DNA of 61,528 nt, counting the filler, from Choristocarpus tenellus KU-1152 (Eukaryota > Protista > Phaeophyceae): assembly GCA_964200185.2 (NCBI GenBank). It is 6 parts of 6 records of this genome, joined end to end, with 100 filler letters (N's around TTAATTAATTAA, not from the genome) between each part and the next. Parts side by side here need not be neighbours in the genome. Positions count along the whole stretch, not along the records: positions 38,618 to 50,797 come from CAXNAD020001935.1; positions 50,898 to 55,301 come from CAXNAD020014707.1; positions 55,402 to 61,528 come from CAXNAD020008877.1; 3 more parts are not named here. One strand, 5' to 3'. The translations under genes were made by a program, and so were the position numbers. Below are positions 48,861 through 61,510 of this stretch, one piece after another. The notes beneath the pieces are model-generated. The model saw only the letters and a list, made by a program, of their open reading frames with translations, made no database searches and was not told the DNA's origin. Position 1 is the first letter of the stretch; every line of letters starts with the position of its first letter.

Positions 48861-50797
48861 CTGTTGATCCCAAAGAGTGAAACTCGTCATATTATTGCTC
48901 AAAATGAGACATGACATACAACCAATTCATTCTATTGCTGTGAGATATAGCGTTATTGTGAAGCGTCCTCCACGCCTTCACCTTACCAGAACTCCAATCG
49001 CAATAAAAATGCAGGGGGGGCACACCCCCAAAAAAAAAAAAAGGGGGGGGGGGGGGGGGGGAATTCTCGCCAGGGGACATAATGTTTTGTAACAGGTCCG
49101 ACCAATCAGAAAACATGCGACACTGGTGAACGCTTATTCCAATCTCTTCTTGATATGCAAGAGAAATTGTCATTCCGTTCCTCACACTGCATCAGAGCTT
49201 ACCAGCATTTTTTGTAGAACCAAAAAGTTTGTAGCCCCACTTTCAAGTTTGTTTTTTTCTGAGGGCCAATAAAATTAGCAGTCACAGCGCAGTAGACATG
49301 AGCAACAGCAGCAGGAAACCACTTACCTATCTTATTATCAATACACAACCTAAGTGCTCCACATAGATAACGCCACACCTTAGACATTCACATATACATA
49401 CATACATACATACATATTTACGTGTTTCTTAGACACAATAACACACAAACCCCAAGCACTGCATAGATTTTGCTGCAGTTGGGTGCGATGAATTAATCCA
49501 CTATGGTGGGAAAACTGTCGGAGACAAGACACCGGGACGATAAACACTGAGGTTTATCCTTCACTTCTTCTTCAGGGAGGCTAACAATAACTCCTATCGA
49601 AGAGATATCAGCGCGCTATCATACAGTGCAAACCTTCTTTAAAAAAAAATATATACGTCACTTGTCTTGTTGCCAGAGGCACGTAGATTTTTGGCACGCT
49701 CTAACAGCAAATCAAGAAAATAGAAACAAGCGGTTGCTATATACATGGATCAATTCCGCTCCTTTCCACAATCAATTCTACAATCGTGCACACAACCAAC
49801 CCTTCGATACAGTACGGTTTTGTTCATTCTCTCGGATTAGATAGTCGAAATTCATGCCTGAAAAATGCATTGAAAAGGCTTACAACAGGTACTCCGGAGT
49901 ACACGAAAAGGTATATGCCATACAAAGCATATGCGTCGTAGAGGAGGCGCCTAACTCCTCCAGCGAGCGATTTGATAATCTCGACTATACTAACTACATA
50001 GTACGAACATCGTAGCCCATGCAACCTTTAGTCCCACTTCACTATACCAAGCAAACCTTGCCGATAGTCGTATTGTAGCACCACAACACGTCATCCCACC
50101 AAAGTTGCTTTGACTACGGAGGCCTCAAAAAGAACAAGTTCGGCAACTCCATGGAGTACTACATATACAACACTCTAAAGCAGCGGTTCAGGGGTGCAGC
50201 CTGTTGCCAAGGCATGCCAAGACTGGGTCTACATATTGTTACGTAGCATGATTTGTGGAACAGTATGTGTGTGTTACTCAGAGGGACGGATACATGGTGA
50301 GGTGAGACCGGAAAAGTGATCGAGAAAGAGCCCAGAATAAACGACGAGGACACTCTCCAGTCCAATTGCTGCGCACACAATTTTTTCTTGTCCTGTCTGT
50401 GTGTGCTACATCAGAGTAGACCCTATCGTTTCATTTTTCTTTTCTCTTTTTCCAAAGCATGGGAGGATTCAATCCACTGACTCCTTTACTGTGAAAGACA
50501 ATCATTCAGTTATCTCTGTACAAGAAAGTGACTCTGTAATGGGCATGATTCAACTATTATGGTCAAAATGTGTGCACACTGACTTGAGCCAGGCCAAGTG
50601 CATACAGTGTATGTTGGGTTGCCGCAACACAAACTCTGCATACAAAATCATGTACTGAGCATTCACATCTTAGGTGTCTTAATTTCAACTTGATTTATTT
50701 CTTATGATTTTGTGAGCCATGATGTCCCCACTTCCATACGCTAACTGTAAAGACAGTAGATTGTCTATTTCAGGTGGTGTTGTGATGTTTGGGGGAG

Positions 50798-50897
50798 NNN
50801 NNNNNNNNNNNNNNNNNNNNNNNNNNNNNNNNNNNNNNNNNTTAATTAATTAANNNNNNNNNNNNNNNNNNNNNNNNNNNNNNNNNNNNNNNNNNNN
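50798..50897. other. Artificial contig spacer / assembly gap 4
   Basis: 44 N + TTAATTAATTAA + 44 N. Confidence 0.98.
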
Positions 50898-53800
50898 TTT
50901 TTTTTTATTATTGCGTGTTGAGTCCGAGTAGATTTGTGTCGTTTGGTTGGTGGTTGTTTTTTGGGATGGGGGGGGGGGTGAAGGAAGTAGGGAAGTACTG
51001 TTCTGTTTTCGTGCCTGCATCAAGCCCGTAAGTCATGAAAAAGGTGTACTTTATTATGGGGTTGGAGGGTCTGGGTGAGGGTTAGGGAGTGCCAGAGGTG
51101 ATGGACATCATCCCTTCGATAGGTAGGGTTTGATGCTGCCTTGTTATGAATTTTACCTGTCTCCATTAGATGTTTTTTTATGTTGACTGTGGTGGTTACA
51201 AACCGTCTTGGGCCCTGTTGCTTCAGTTGAAACAGTCACCTTCAGTGGCAGCAAAACAAACCAATCAGGGTGCTGTTCATGAGTTTGAAACTGTCACTTT
51301 TCGGAGGTTCTTTTCGATTGTTGTGGCTCGAGTTATCCCACGTGATCATGCCGGTGTTGAGAGGGTTCTTCATTGCAGTGGCCGTCATCAGTACGTGTAA
51401 TCCTTGGTGTACTCCATGACTTGCTGGGTTTAAAGAATCGGAACAGCCTGGAAGAACCTACCCACCTCGCTGTGGGCGCCCTAGTATGCAATTGTGGGCT
51501 ATGATTAGTTGAAGGCCTTACAAGGTCCATGCTTCATGACATTTTCATCTCACAATAAGTGGTGCCTGCAAGGTTCCATTTCAGGAGTTTTTTGTGTAAT
51601 TTTTTTCTGTTTATTGTCTCGTACGATACCATCATCTGAAGTTTAGCCAGTCAGGGGCGTATTACATAAAAGTGAAGTGATAGTAGCGTTGTTTTGATAA
51701 TCGGTTTTGGACATCTCACAGAAGATGTGTTTGCCCCAAGTTGAGAACTTGGGGGACCAGTTACAAATTCTAGACCAACAACTTTTAGAAAGCTGAATTA
51801 ATTTAAGTATTTTTTGTGATCATACACTTGTCATCCCAAATGGTGCAAAAGTTGTGTATTGTAAATGCAAGCACATACCATGGTTACCCCCACTGTTTGA
51901 TATACTAGCTAAACTTTTCAAAATGGAATGTGCCACTACTACATGCCTTCCAAAAAACTGCCCTGAGCACAAGATCAGAGGAATGACCTAGAGGTTAAGT
52001 GATACATGACAATCCTCTTTGTAAGTATTAAACCTTCTCTGTAGTGACCATTCTACAGCTGAAACAGGGGCTGTGTTTTATTTGTAAATGATTAATCCTA
52101 TCTTAGAGGGTGATTTAGACTCTCTTGGACATTTACTTGTGTTTTAAAACTTTCTGCTCAATACCCCATTCCCATGCCTGAAATGCAACTATAAACTGTT
52201 TGGGAAGGAAGCTGTAACTGTGGAAGATAAGACAGACGTTTATCGACACTTATACTTTTGTAGGTAAGCCCATGCCATGTCACCACCGTAAGTCATCTAC
52301 AATCCCCCACTCTAAGATAGGACAGCTCATCGAGTACTAAGGGTTCAGAATGGAGATGGATCACATCGTAGAAAAATATATTTTTTTAACAACAAATAAT
52401 AAGAATATAGAATTCTATCAGTAGAGAGGAAGATTCCTTGTCACTGCGACTTTGAACCCCCCCACTGTTTGGACCTCGTTTTGGGGACTCTGGACAATGT
52501 CGCCTTGCTTATCTTGTGCCCCTTCCTACCCACTCAAAATAACTATGATAATGTAGTTGGTATGCCACACCCTGTCTGTGTAGGGGGCAGAAAAAGGAGA
52601 TCCAAGGGAGAATATTATTAACACAATGTTATTAACACCATGACTCTAGCAAAGTTTCCCAACCCAGGTTTCCCCTACACAAGATACTATTCAATGCTAA
52701 TGCGTGAACAGATGTATCATAGAAGTGAAAGCCTTCCTGCAACCAAGCACACCCTTTGCATGTAAGAAATGCAATGTGAAGGGATGGCTGCCTGTGGCTA
52801 AGGTCACGCAGTCCATTGCCCCCCATAAAAAAATACTCAACCCCCCATCCCTCACCTCACTTCCTCCCTTTCATGACCGTAGTCAGCAACACAGATTAGA
52901 AAACCGATTTATCTCAACCAAGGTTTCTGAACAACGCAAAAGAAAGCACTGCCAAAATACCAAGCAATGTATGAGTGGGTCTCATAGTAATGTTGCATCA
53001 AAATGTACATGCTACTCCAACTCAAGCAACCAGTAGTCTTCATTAGCAGTAGGGACTCCAGTGTTCCTTCACTCCCAGTCCTGTTTAACATATCGGAGAC
53101 ATATCGGAAACTACCATGGTAGCTGCGGACTACCCTATTCACAATTTCCGTGCACTTGCCTACCTCAACAATACCACCCAACCACTAGTGCCTGTGACTG
53201 TACTCACTCTGTACCATCGCATTGTACTCACTACCAAAGTACAGTCAGTACTCAATGTCAATCTGTACTGCGCAAGTCCCTAGCTGTACCAACACTACCC
53301 ACAGTTCTGCATCAGTACCACAAAAGGTATACTACAGAGAAGGTACTGAAAATAAAAAGAGGCATGGAGTGTCGAGACCAATGTGAAACGTGCTCCCCAT
53401 TCCTATGACACGTCACAAAATGCACCGATATATTTATTCACAATAAAAGCAGCAAGATTCCTTGATATCCATGCAACAAAATCACTCCTCCTACCACCCA
53501 AGTTTCACTCTACATATCCACTTCGGTGTGTGTACCCCACCTGTTGGACAAACTGTATCACATGTATCACTGTACAATATCAAATCATTCATCACCAATG
53601 TCCTCACTCACACTGTACAAAATAGGATCCTCTGTTGTATGGGCGACACAGCCCTGTTGTTATAAACAAGTATTTCAAGTAAGGCATCGACGGAGATGAA
53701 CTACCCTCTCCCCCTTAAGCGATATCAGTAACAGTTGTGGATTGGTCGGCGGTACAGTGTAACCGTTGAGAGAAACCGATGAAGGTACACTTGGAGTACC

Positions 53801-54226
53801 TTATATCAGCAGTAGTATACCTTACACTGCCATACTGACCCGTCGACTCCACCATAGGTAGTCATCAACAATCCGATTTCTCCGAAAAATCGACAGCCTG
53901 CCACATTTTGGAGTCCTATCTACAGACTCTCCTCCACCCCCCCATCCTCCACCAACACACAACCTTGTCAAGTCACCACAACAGGTCACAGAAGGAAGCC
54001 TTGAAAACAACCAATCACAAAATCCAAAGGTAGTGCCCTCCTCCACAAAACCCTCTCTTACCACACCATCAACTTCATCTACCTTCTCGCCAGACTCCCA
54101 AACACCTCCTGCATGCCCGAGGGAACAACTGCCCTCAACCCAGGCATACCACCGTATATATTTCCAACCAATCAACATACACCAGACAAAAAACTATTTT
54201 AAAAAAATCACGTATGTCAGCATGCA

Positions 54227-55220
54227 TCACAGATCCCAAGAATCTGTGCACTCAGTGGCATCCCTTCCTTCCTCATTACTCCCCCGCCCCTCGCCCGCTC
54301 TTCCCTCTCTTCGGCGACCAGTTCCCTCTATTGGAAGGCGTTTCTGGGGTTTAGACCGACGGTTACCCTGCAGAGGCTTGATGCCCAGAGCTCCCGAAAT
54401 GAGGCGTGCTGCACTGGAAGCATCAGACAACGGTCGACCAGGCTTCACAAGGGACACTGTTTCAGGGATCAATGAGAACAGGGATCAGGTAACAGGGAGG
54501 TGAAACGATCAATCAGGTTTGGGAAGGGTGAAATGGTGATCCATAAGCCTACTTACTTACCACTGCACGATCAGCTACTTGAAGTTTTTTTTTAATTATC
54601 ATAGACCCGTGAATTATTTTTTTTCCGCATGTTATCACAGTACCGCTATGGTTCACATCATGAAGAGGCAGAGGAGACTGTTTTCCTCTCTAGAGGACAT
54701 CATAAAAAACAGTCTCCTCTGCCTCTAAAAATGCACCTGTCTTAACATAAGAATCACAGCGAGGAGGACTAGTGCATAGAGCTATCGAGATCACCGCCAT
54801 CGAAGTCATAACAACAGTGTATCGGAAGACTCAACCAATATCAAATCGTTGAGCTCCACCACCACAGGCATGCGGGGGGGGGTAAACTAGGCAACACAAC
54901 CACAGCATCTCCAACCCTAACCCTTACTCGTATAACCCTAACCCTAACCCTAATGCGCACAAAAAGTGCACAACCGAAAGAGACACATAAACACACACGT
55001 GGGCAGGATAAGCACCGCCATCCACACCATGCAAACCCCCTATAAAAGGATGTCTGCGCCATTACACACACCATGCTGCAGACCACGCCGTCTCTCCAAG
55101 CCAGCCTCAGAGAGAAGGTCCACCACCAGTACTGAAGAGCGCAAGCTTCGTGTCTGGAGAGCCCTGCGAGCCATAGTCTCAGACGGGAATGTCACCAGAG
55201 CCTCCGTCGCACTGGCCCAT
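54227..55220 (-). CDS. R3HCC1/R3HCC1L-like protein, last two exons (RRM-like domain end plus C-terminal motif)
   Basis: Exon 55220-55072 (R)WASATEALVTFPSETMARRALQ...VDLLSEAG (cf. [22 protein letters not shown]...IRPLSQA) splices in phase 1 to 54456-54227 VSLVKPGRPLSDASSAARLISGALGIK...DSWDL* (cf. [20 protein letters not shown]). Confidence 0.75.
54664..54726. repeat. Perfect 21-bp inverted repeat (hairpin) in an intron
   Basis: AGAGGCAGAGGAGACTGTTTT (54664-54684) pairs with AAAACAGTCTCCTCTGCCTCT (54706-54726); 21-nt spacer. Confidence 0.9.
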
Positions 55221-55301
55221 CTGTAACCGAAATTCAGTTTCATTACTGTTGTGGGGATTTTTCACGTTGTGTCTTGTGTTTTATGTTTTGTGTTGGGGGG
55301 G

Positions 55302-55401
55302 NNNNNNNNNNNNNNNNNNNNNNNNNNNNNNNNNNNNNNNNNNNNTTAATTAATTAANNNNNNNNNNNNNNNNNNNNNNNNNNNNNNNNNNNNNNNNNNN
55401 N
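55302..55401. other. Artificial contig spacer / assembly gap 5
   Basis: 44 N + TTAATTAATTAA + 44 N. Confidence 0.98.
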
Positions 55402-55600
55402 CTGCTAGTGCCCCTGCGTGAAACACCAGATCCATGCGAAGATTTCGGTCCACAGTGAAAGGGCTACCGTCCTCCGTAGTGCAAGGGATGCCCATCCCCT
55501 TGCATAGTTGGTGTAGGTGTTTCACCATTGGCGTGTGCTGCCGTACCTGTCCCCCTGCCCTGGGGCAGGTGCGGGCATGTCTGGTATCGACATTTTGCCT
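55402..55600 (-). mobile_element. CRE/R2-type non-LTR retrotransposon fragment (zinc knuckle end plus restriction-like endonuclease start)
   Basis: Open frame NVDTRHARTCPRAGGQVRQHTPMVKHLHQLCKGMGIPCTTEDGSPFTVDRNLRMDLVF: H..C of the CCHC knuckle, RH-equivalent QH, conserved E, and RMD (cf. RPD) of the RLE domain. Confidence 0.75.
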
Positions 55601-55770
55601 CCTGCTATTATATTATTGTATTGTAAGAAGATTACTCACCATCATCATATTTACGTGAGGATTACTCGAAAAAGTATCCAAAGAAGGCATTCTGTTCGAG
55701 AAAAGGATAATAAAGGAAAAACTAACTACCCTGGTGAAGTTTCCACTTCATACAGTCATATAACTGAACG

Positions 55771-56000
55771 TCAGCTCAAGTGATATGAGGTCCTGTCATA
55801 CAGAATTTGACTGTATTTCGAAAAACTACTCCAACCTTTCTGGATCTCTTTGCTGATCTCAGCATTGATGGCAGCATCATCACTAATGGTTTCACCAAGA
55901 CAGACAAAGTTATCAGTCTGATTACAGGTTTGGTCCAGTGCCTGAATCTGCACGGTTTCAGCATCCTGATTAGGAGGGCCAACAGAGATCATATTTGGAG
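55771..56000 (-). mobile_element. RTE-like LINE reverse transcriptase C-terminal (thumb) fragment
   Basis: QTDNFVCLGETISDDAAINAEISKEIQKGWSSFSKYSQILYDR matches F.YLG..IS.D.....EI..RI..AW..F. Confidence 0.8.
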
Positions 56001-56284
56001 GTATGTAACATTTGGACAGTATAACCCATATTAATTCCTGATGCACTGTTACACTACGACTAATTCCACTGGCTCCACGTCTGCCTTGCTTTTTCCCCAA
56101 TACGCTTAGCACTGACTGCTCGTTGCTCCGTCTCCTCCTTAGAATTTTCTGGCGGACTCAGAATTTTTTTTCCACCATGATTTTTGTCTGGTGTTTTTGT
56201 GGTATAGCACGGACAGGATAGTACATACAGTTGTCGTTGTGGCATGCGAAAGGGTCATGGAGACCATATATCCGAAAAAAGAGG

Positions 56285-56350
56285 AGCCTTGTTGATAGGA
56301 CTCGAACCTGTTGCTCTATGGAAGGAAGTCCACTACCCAGCTACTTGATC
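56285..56350 (-). pseudogene. tRNA-derived relic (possibly tRNA-Gly-like SINE head)
   Basis: Minus strand has an intact B box GGTTCGAGTCC, an upstream CTTCCA loop-like word and A-box-like TAGCTGGGTAGTGG; stems are degenerate. Confidence 0.45.
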
Positions 56351-56399
56351 TTTTATATCAAATTTCATATCAACGATGTTCAAGAACAGAAGAATAGTT

Positions 56400-59300
56400 A
56401 GTAGTAGAAATAATATCAATAACATTCATCATATCAATCAAATTCAGAACTAATTAATATAATGATAAGAATAGTAATAATATTAATGAAATCTCCAATT
56501 TTTAAAAGTATCTAGACAATATTGAACATTCTTGACATGATTCAAATATCATAATAATATTTTAGAGGGTTTGGAAGGTAATCTTCAACTATAAAAAAGA
56601 GTGGTGTATTTTGGTTCTAAATACGAACTTTGATTTTGGAAGATAGTGTTTGTGTAGTCAGTCACACTAATATTCCGAAAATATTTAATGATCTGATGAA
56701 GAGGATGGTTGGATAGCAGTGGTTAAGAGATAGAAATACTACAGAATATAGAAGAAAAATTGATACATTTTTTTGATTATCTTGAGGGAAATCTAAGAAG
56801 AAACATTTTTCATTTCAACAAATTATAATAGATATGATTCATAATTCTTCAGAAGTGGTGATATAATATATTCATATTCTAGTTAAGCTACACAACTCCT
56901 TTAGGAAATTAAATCGTGTAGAAATTATAGAAAGAAAAACAAAAAACCTTTGTTGGAGATTGTAAAAGGTAGGTACAGTCGTAAGTTGAAATTGTATCCT
57001 CTTTCTCTTAATTGTGAGGAGGAGTGCAGCTTTTGTTTCTTGACCCTTCACATCTAACCTCTCACCTCCAACCTTCCTTTCTCCTGTTCTTCTACAAACA
57101 CACACTACTAATACAACACTATTGTTCATCCGCAAAGAAATCGTGTTGTTAACCGTTCAAATTTAGAGGAAATAAATGAGGTAGAAATTTTATTCAACTT
57201 ATTTGTGAGTTGAGGAGGAGGGGAGTGGAGGGTAAAATCGCGAGAGAGAATGCCTACCACGAAATCCACCAGAGGCGCCAAGTTTGATTTACCTTACTAA
57301 TTAAGGTTTTTGCGAAATGAGCGCTAGTATTCTATTATACATATCATCATTCACTCCCTCGAGAATAAACTCTATTTCTGGTGGACGTGAACGCCTGAAT
57401 TGGAAAGAGTTCAGAGATCGGAGGGGGATCACCATGGTGTGATTCTTGGGCATATAGCCAGATATTTTGAAGGACAATGGTGAGCATCTGGGTTGATGTT
57501 TGCAGTGATGAGCAGGCTTGCACGTCTCAACACATTTTTCATTGTACTGAAGAGGGAAGGTTTCTTACTGAATTAAATGATATGGGTTACCTTAGTCTTG
57601 TTTGTTCTTTACCCGTCGGTGTGATTTGTCTTTCCGAAAATGAGGGTACACTCGGTTTTACCAACAAACCGGACCACCGTTTTGTATCGGTATAGCAACA
57701 TGTTGTTAATCGTTTTGATCCCAATTATAAGTCGTGGATCAGGTGTCAAGGGGACGAACCTTTCATCAACCGACAAAGCCCTGATGTGTACCCACCTGTT
57801 AACGTCTGATTTAGTATGTATGGCTGTTGGGAAATCATCACAGCAGATAGGCAGTATCAACCAAATTACACACCCTGATGTACCGTCAATGTCTACAACA
57901 TGGCATCTTCAGGTACAGCCCATTCATTGCACGCCATCATGACCAGACATGATGTCCATCTGCCGCCTTCATGTAGGGTGCTGCCAAAAGCACAGTGTTT
58001 AATTGATCAACCTGAAGCAAACCTTCTGGAAACCTGAGAGTGAGCATTCATCTTGGAATGTTTGAGGGGTCCTCCACAGTGTTCCTTACGTCCAATTCGG
58101 TTGATCTCAACCGTAATAGTGAGGAGGTCCTCGATCAATAACCCACATTCATGGCCCTTGCTACCTCACCAACAACGGTGGAGGTGACTTAAGCACCCCA
58201 GGCAATGGGAAATACGAACATCATTATGAGAGGTAGTAGTAGTGCACTTTTTCATTACACTACTTCTCACTTCTCACACTTTTCACGGTACGTAACTCGA
58301 CTACTTGTTGCCTACGTCTAACCCTTACCACTATGTTTTTGGATTTTGCCACGTCTTTCTGAATAGGGAAGGATGTAGATTTGTTGACATGTTTTTCAGA
58401 TAAGATACGCGTTGTCGACAATTCATAGTCACAGCATAACCACAACAGGACATCTCGATTTTATTGTACTGTCTTCATTCTACGACTAGGGAATGATCCA
58501 TTCCATATAAATCTCCGATTTCTTGCCAAAATCGGTGGTTTGACAAATACAGTCCATAATTTTTACTCCCCTACTCACTAAACTCTACTATAATGTGAAG
58601 GTAACTACCAAACATCTATCTATACAAATATATTATTAGTTATTGGAAATTTTCGAAAAAAGAACTATTTCGAATTGGTTCTCTGTTTCTGTAGGACCCC
58701 AACGATTAAAATTTCTCGTAATACTAGTGTTGTGTTTGGAAGAAATGGCGAAGTTAATCCTTACTAAAGTTGAAAGTAGACCTCTATTTATTAGGGTTCC
58801 TTACAAATTTTAATCTCTAAAGGCATAAAATAGTTGTAGTCTAAGAAATAGATACAACAGACATGTGTGATTCGGCATTGAAAAGCGCACATATATATAC
58901 TGACAGAATACAAAAATGAGATACACAAATAGATTCATTTCTCTTATCAATATTTCACACATTTGGAAGGAATATAACATTTTCCCGGCTTGGCAAGAGA
59001 CAAAATAGATATATCATTTCTGCTTCTATAATCATAAGACGTTTGTAGAGAAGATTGAACAAATACTTACTTTATCCATGGAACTGTCAATTCCACATAA
59101 AGATTTCGTATTAAGGGATTCTAGTATCTTGGTATTACTTTTTTTGTGAATTGACAATGGAACAATCGAATCAACATATCCACTTCCATTTATTACATAC
59201 GTCTACAATAATGTAGGAAGTAGGAACTACGCACACGGGACAATTATTTTCAGTCTAGATTTATACTAAGAACAAAAACATTTAGAGTCTGAGATTGGAG

Positions 59301-60483
59301 AGCCATTAACGAGGGTGAATTAAGTTGGGTACAATTATTTCACAAGATCGAAAACCTGTAACACACGTTCTGATGGGTAAGCACACAGACGACAAGTCGT
59401 GATTTTGTGTCCTTCTCAATCCACATTACAATGAATGCAACCTTTCTACCACATCGGCAGTTTTGAGGCGGAGTGATTTTGGTGAATTAGTGGGATACGT
59501 GAACTGGTAGAAGTCGTTTCGTCGCACGAGGGGTTTAAGTGCATACCCCTCCTCAGACCCTTCTCTGGACCGCGTAGATCGGATTGAGGCTGACCGGACC
59601 ACGATGGACAAAGGCATGTGGGGGACAGATGGCTGGCGGACGGTGAGTTCATATTCTTCAACCCGCAGATATGTAAAAGTAGAGGATGCTGGTGTTAGAG
59701 GATTGGTGTAGGAGTGATATGTCCTTGCTGTGCCCGGGGGAATTACCGTGTGACTGGACCAACACGTTGTGACTGGACAGAAAGGGTGTCTTACCTCGCA
59801 GTGTCTTACCTCGCAGTGAAAGTCGAGTATGTAATGCATTGACCCAGGATTTTAATAGGATACGTCAAGAACCATGATTACACGGTGAAAGTCAAAGATC
59901 TCCACCAAGATGATCGAGTTTTAAGCTCATGTAATTTGTTAAGGGAAGATGAGTCACGTACGGTTGCGTGTGCTGATGGATTTACTTGAACGATTAGAAA
60001 ATCGTGGACTGCGTGATTTGTACAAGTAATAGGAGTTTTTCCGAGGGGTTTGAAAATTCTCTTCAAATATGACAAGATATCGATTTACAACAGGAACTAC
60101 GTCTTCCACATGTGATTCACTTATCATAGATGCACGTTGCGTTCACATGCTCGGTATTACCTTTGAAACAGTAGCGCAGGATAGGTTGGCAAGATTGCAT
60201 GTGCGAGCACGCGTGTAAGCTCTATTAGCCCATGCAATGTGACGATGTTCTGGCTATCGTGGTCAGGGTTAATACCAACATCCGTCCTCACCAGGGTTCC
60301 AACCAGCGCTTTTGATTGCAGCGGTGATAGTTTCATGTGCTTGTCATATCTCCAAGATAGAGACTTGCTATTGCGATTCAGAATTGATAGTGGGTTACCG
60401 CCAGCAGACACGTTGTGATAATAGTCGGTGATATGCTTCTTTCTTTTCCTCTCTACCCATCGTCTAGTATTTACCCCAGACAC
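56400..60483. other. Intronless, partly AT-rich decayed coding-like block (possible endogenous viral or foreign DNA)
   Basis: Composition shifts from host introns; successive minus-strand ORF fragments 60483-60157, 60075-59878, 59839-59426 and 57860-57609 lack convincing splice signals; no domain recognised. Confidence 0.25.
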
Positions 60484-61466
60484 CCTGACTTGACTTGACC
60501 TCTGACTGGCATGCTTGAGTTATTTTTCTGGAAAGTTTGTCAGTTCACAGTTAAACATCTCTCTAATGGCCTCCATGATGCGCCATTCTGTAGTGTACAG
60601 TAGGTATCTATTGTAGTGATTGTTTCTAGAGCTTTATTAGTGTCCAGTACCCATTCTTGACCTGTTCATTTTTCCCTCTTTTGTGTTCTCTGTGGAGTGC
60701 CCTGAGATGAACTATTCCCCCCCTTCCTCACTTTTCCAATATTTCATGCGCAACATACATATGTTAGTCACCTGTACTATATCAAAGTAATCAAGAGGGG
60801 GGGGCCCTGGAGTGTTTTAAGGGCCCTCTGACTCTCTACTGGTTTATAGAGGTACTCATTCCGCAGCTGTGAATTGCTTTTTGACTGTTTTGTGGGTACA
60901 TTAAATCTGCAGAAGCAAGTTAACCCTGTCAACACCCTTTTTCAGGTGTCCCCATTTCTTTCGGCAAGTTTGAAAATCCCCTTGATACTCAAAACATCAG
61001 TTGACGTCTCTTTGAAAACTCCCCTGTCCTCTTAGTCGATTTGAATCGGTTGACGTCTCCTATGGATCAAGTTTGTATTTAATGACATTTGAGAAATATA
61101 CGCTTTCTTTCAAGTTGTGCGAACAAGCATTGTTAGTCGACATGGAACTCCCTTCTCCTTGCACCTCGTAGGCTATGTCCCATTTATATCTATATCTATA
61201 TCTATATATCTATCTCTCTCTCTATATAATATTTTTCTTCATTGCTGTGTTTGTAACGATGGTGTACGCATCAATATTTGTCTCTCTGTTTCACTCCACT
61301 GTGTGCCATCTCACACACCGCGAACGCTACCGCTGTTCCTTGCCTCTTTTTTTTTTTTTCTTTTCTTTTTTTTTTTAATCTGTCGCCAATTGATCTTGCC
61401 CTTGCGACGTTCTTATGGCGTTTTGCGTGCACCTTTTCACTTCATCATTTCGTTCTATAAACCTTC

Positions 61467-61467
61467 C

Positions 61468-61507
<40 letters not shown>
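61467..61507. repeat. Poly-C tract
   Basis: About 40 consecutive C; similar G/C tracts at 24100-24125, 38450-38494 and 49043-49061. Confidence 0.95.

Positions 61508-61510
<3 letters not shown>

Noticed and set aside
49333-49387. MSKVWRYLCG... as first exon of the translocase
   Set aside because: Its donor is phase 1 but the next exon requires phase 2, and it lacks the expected preceding transmembrane segment.
50898-54200. Protein-coding genes among the short ORFs in this stretch
   Set aside because: No recognisable motifs or consistent splice chain.
54966-55226. Plus-strand ORF as part of a CRE retrotransposon (RALRAIVSDGNVTRA)
   Set aside because: The minus strand gives a properly spliced R3HCC1-like exon in phase with the next exon; the plus ORF is its shadow.
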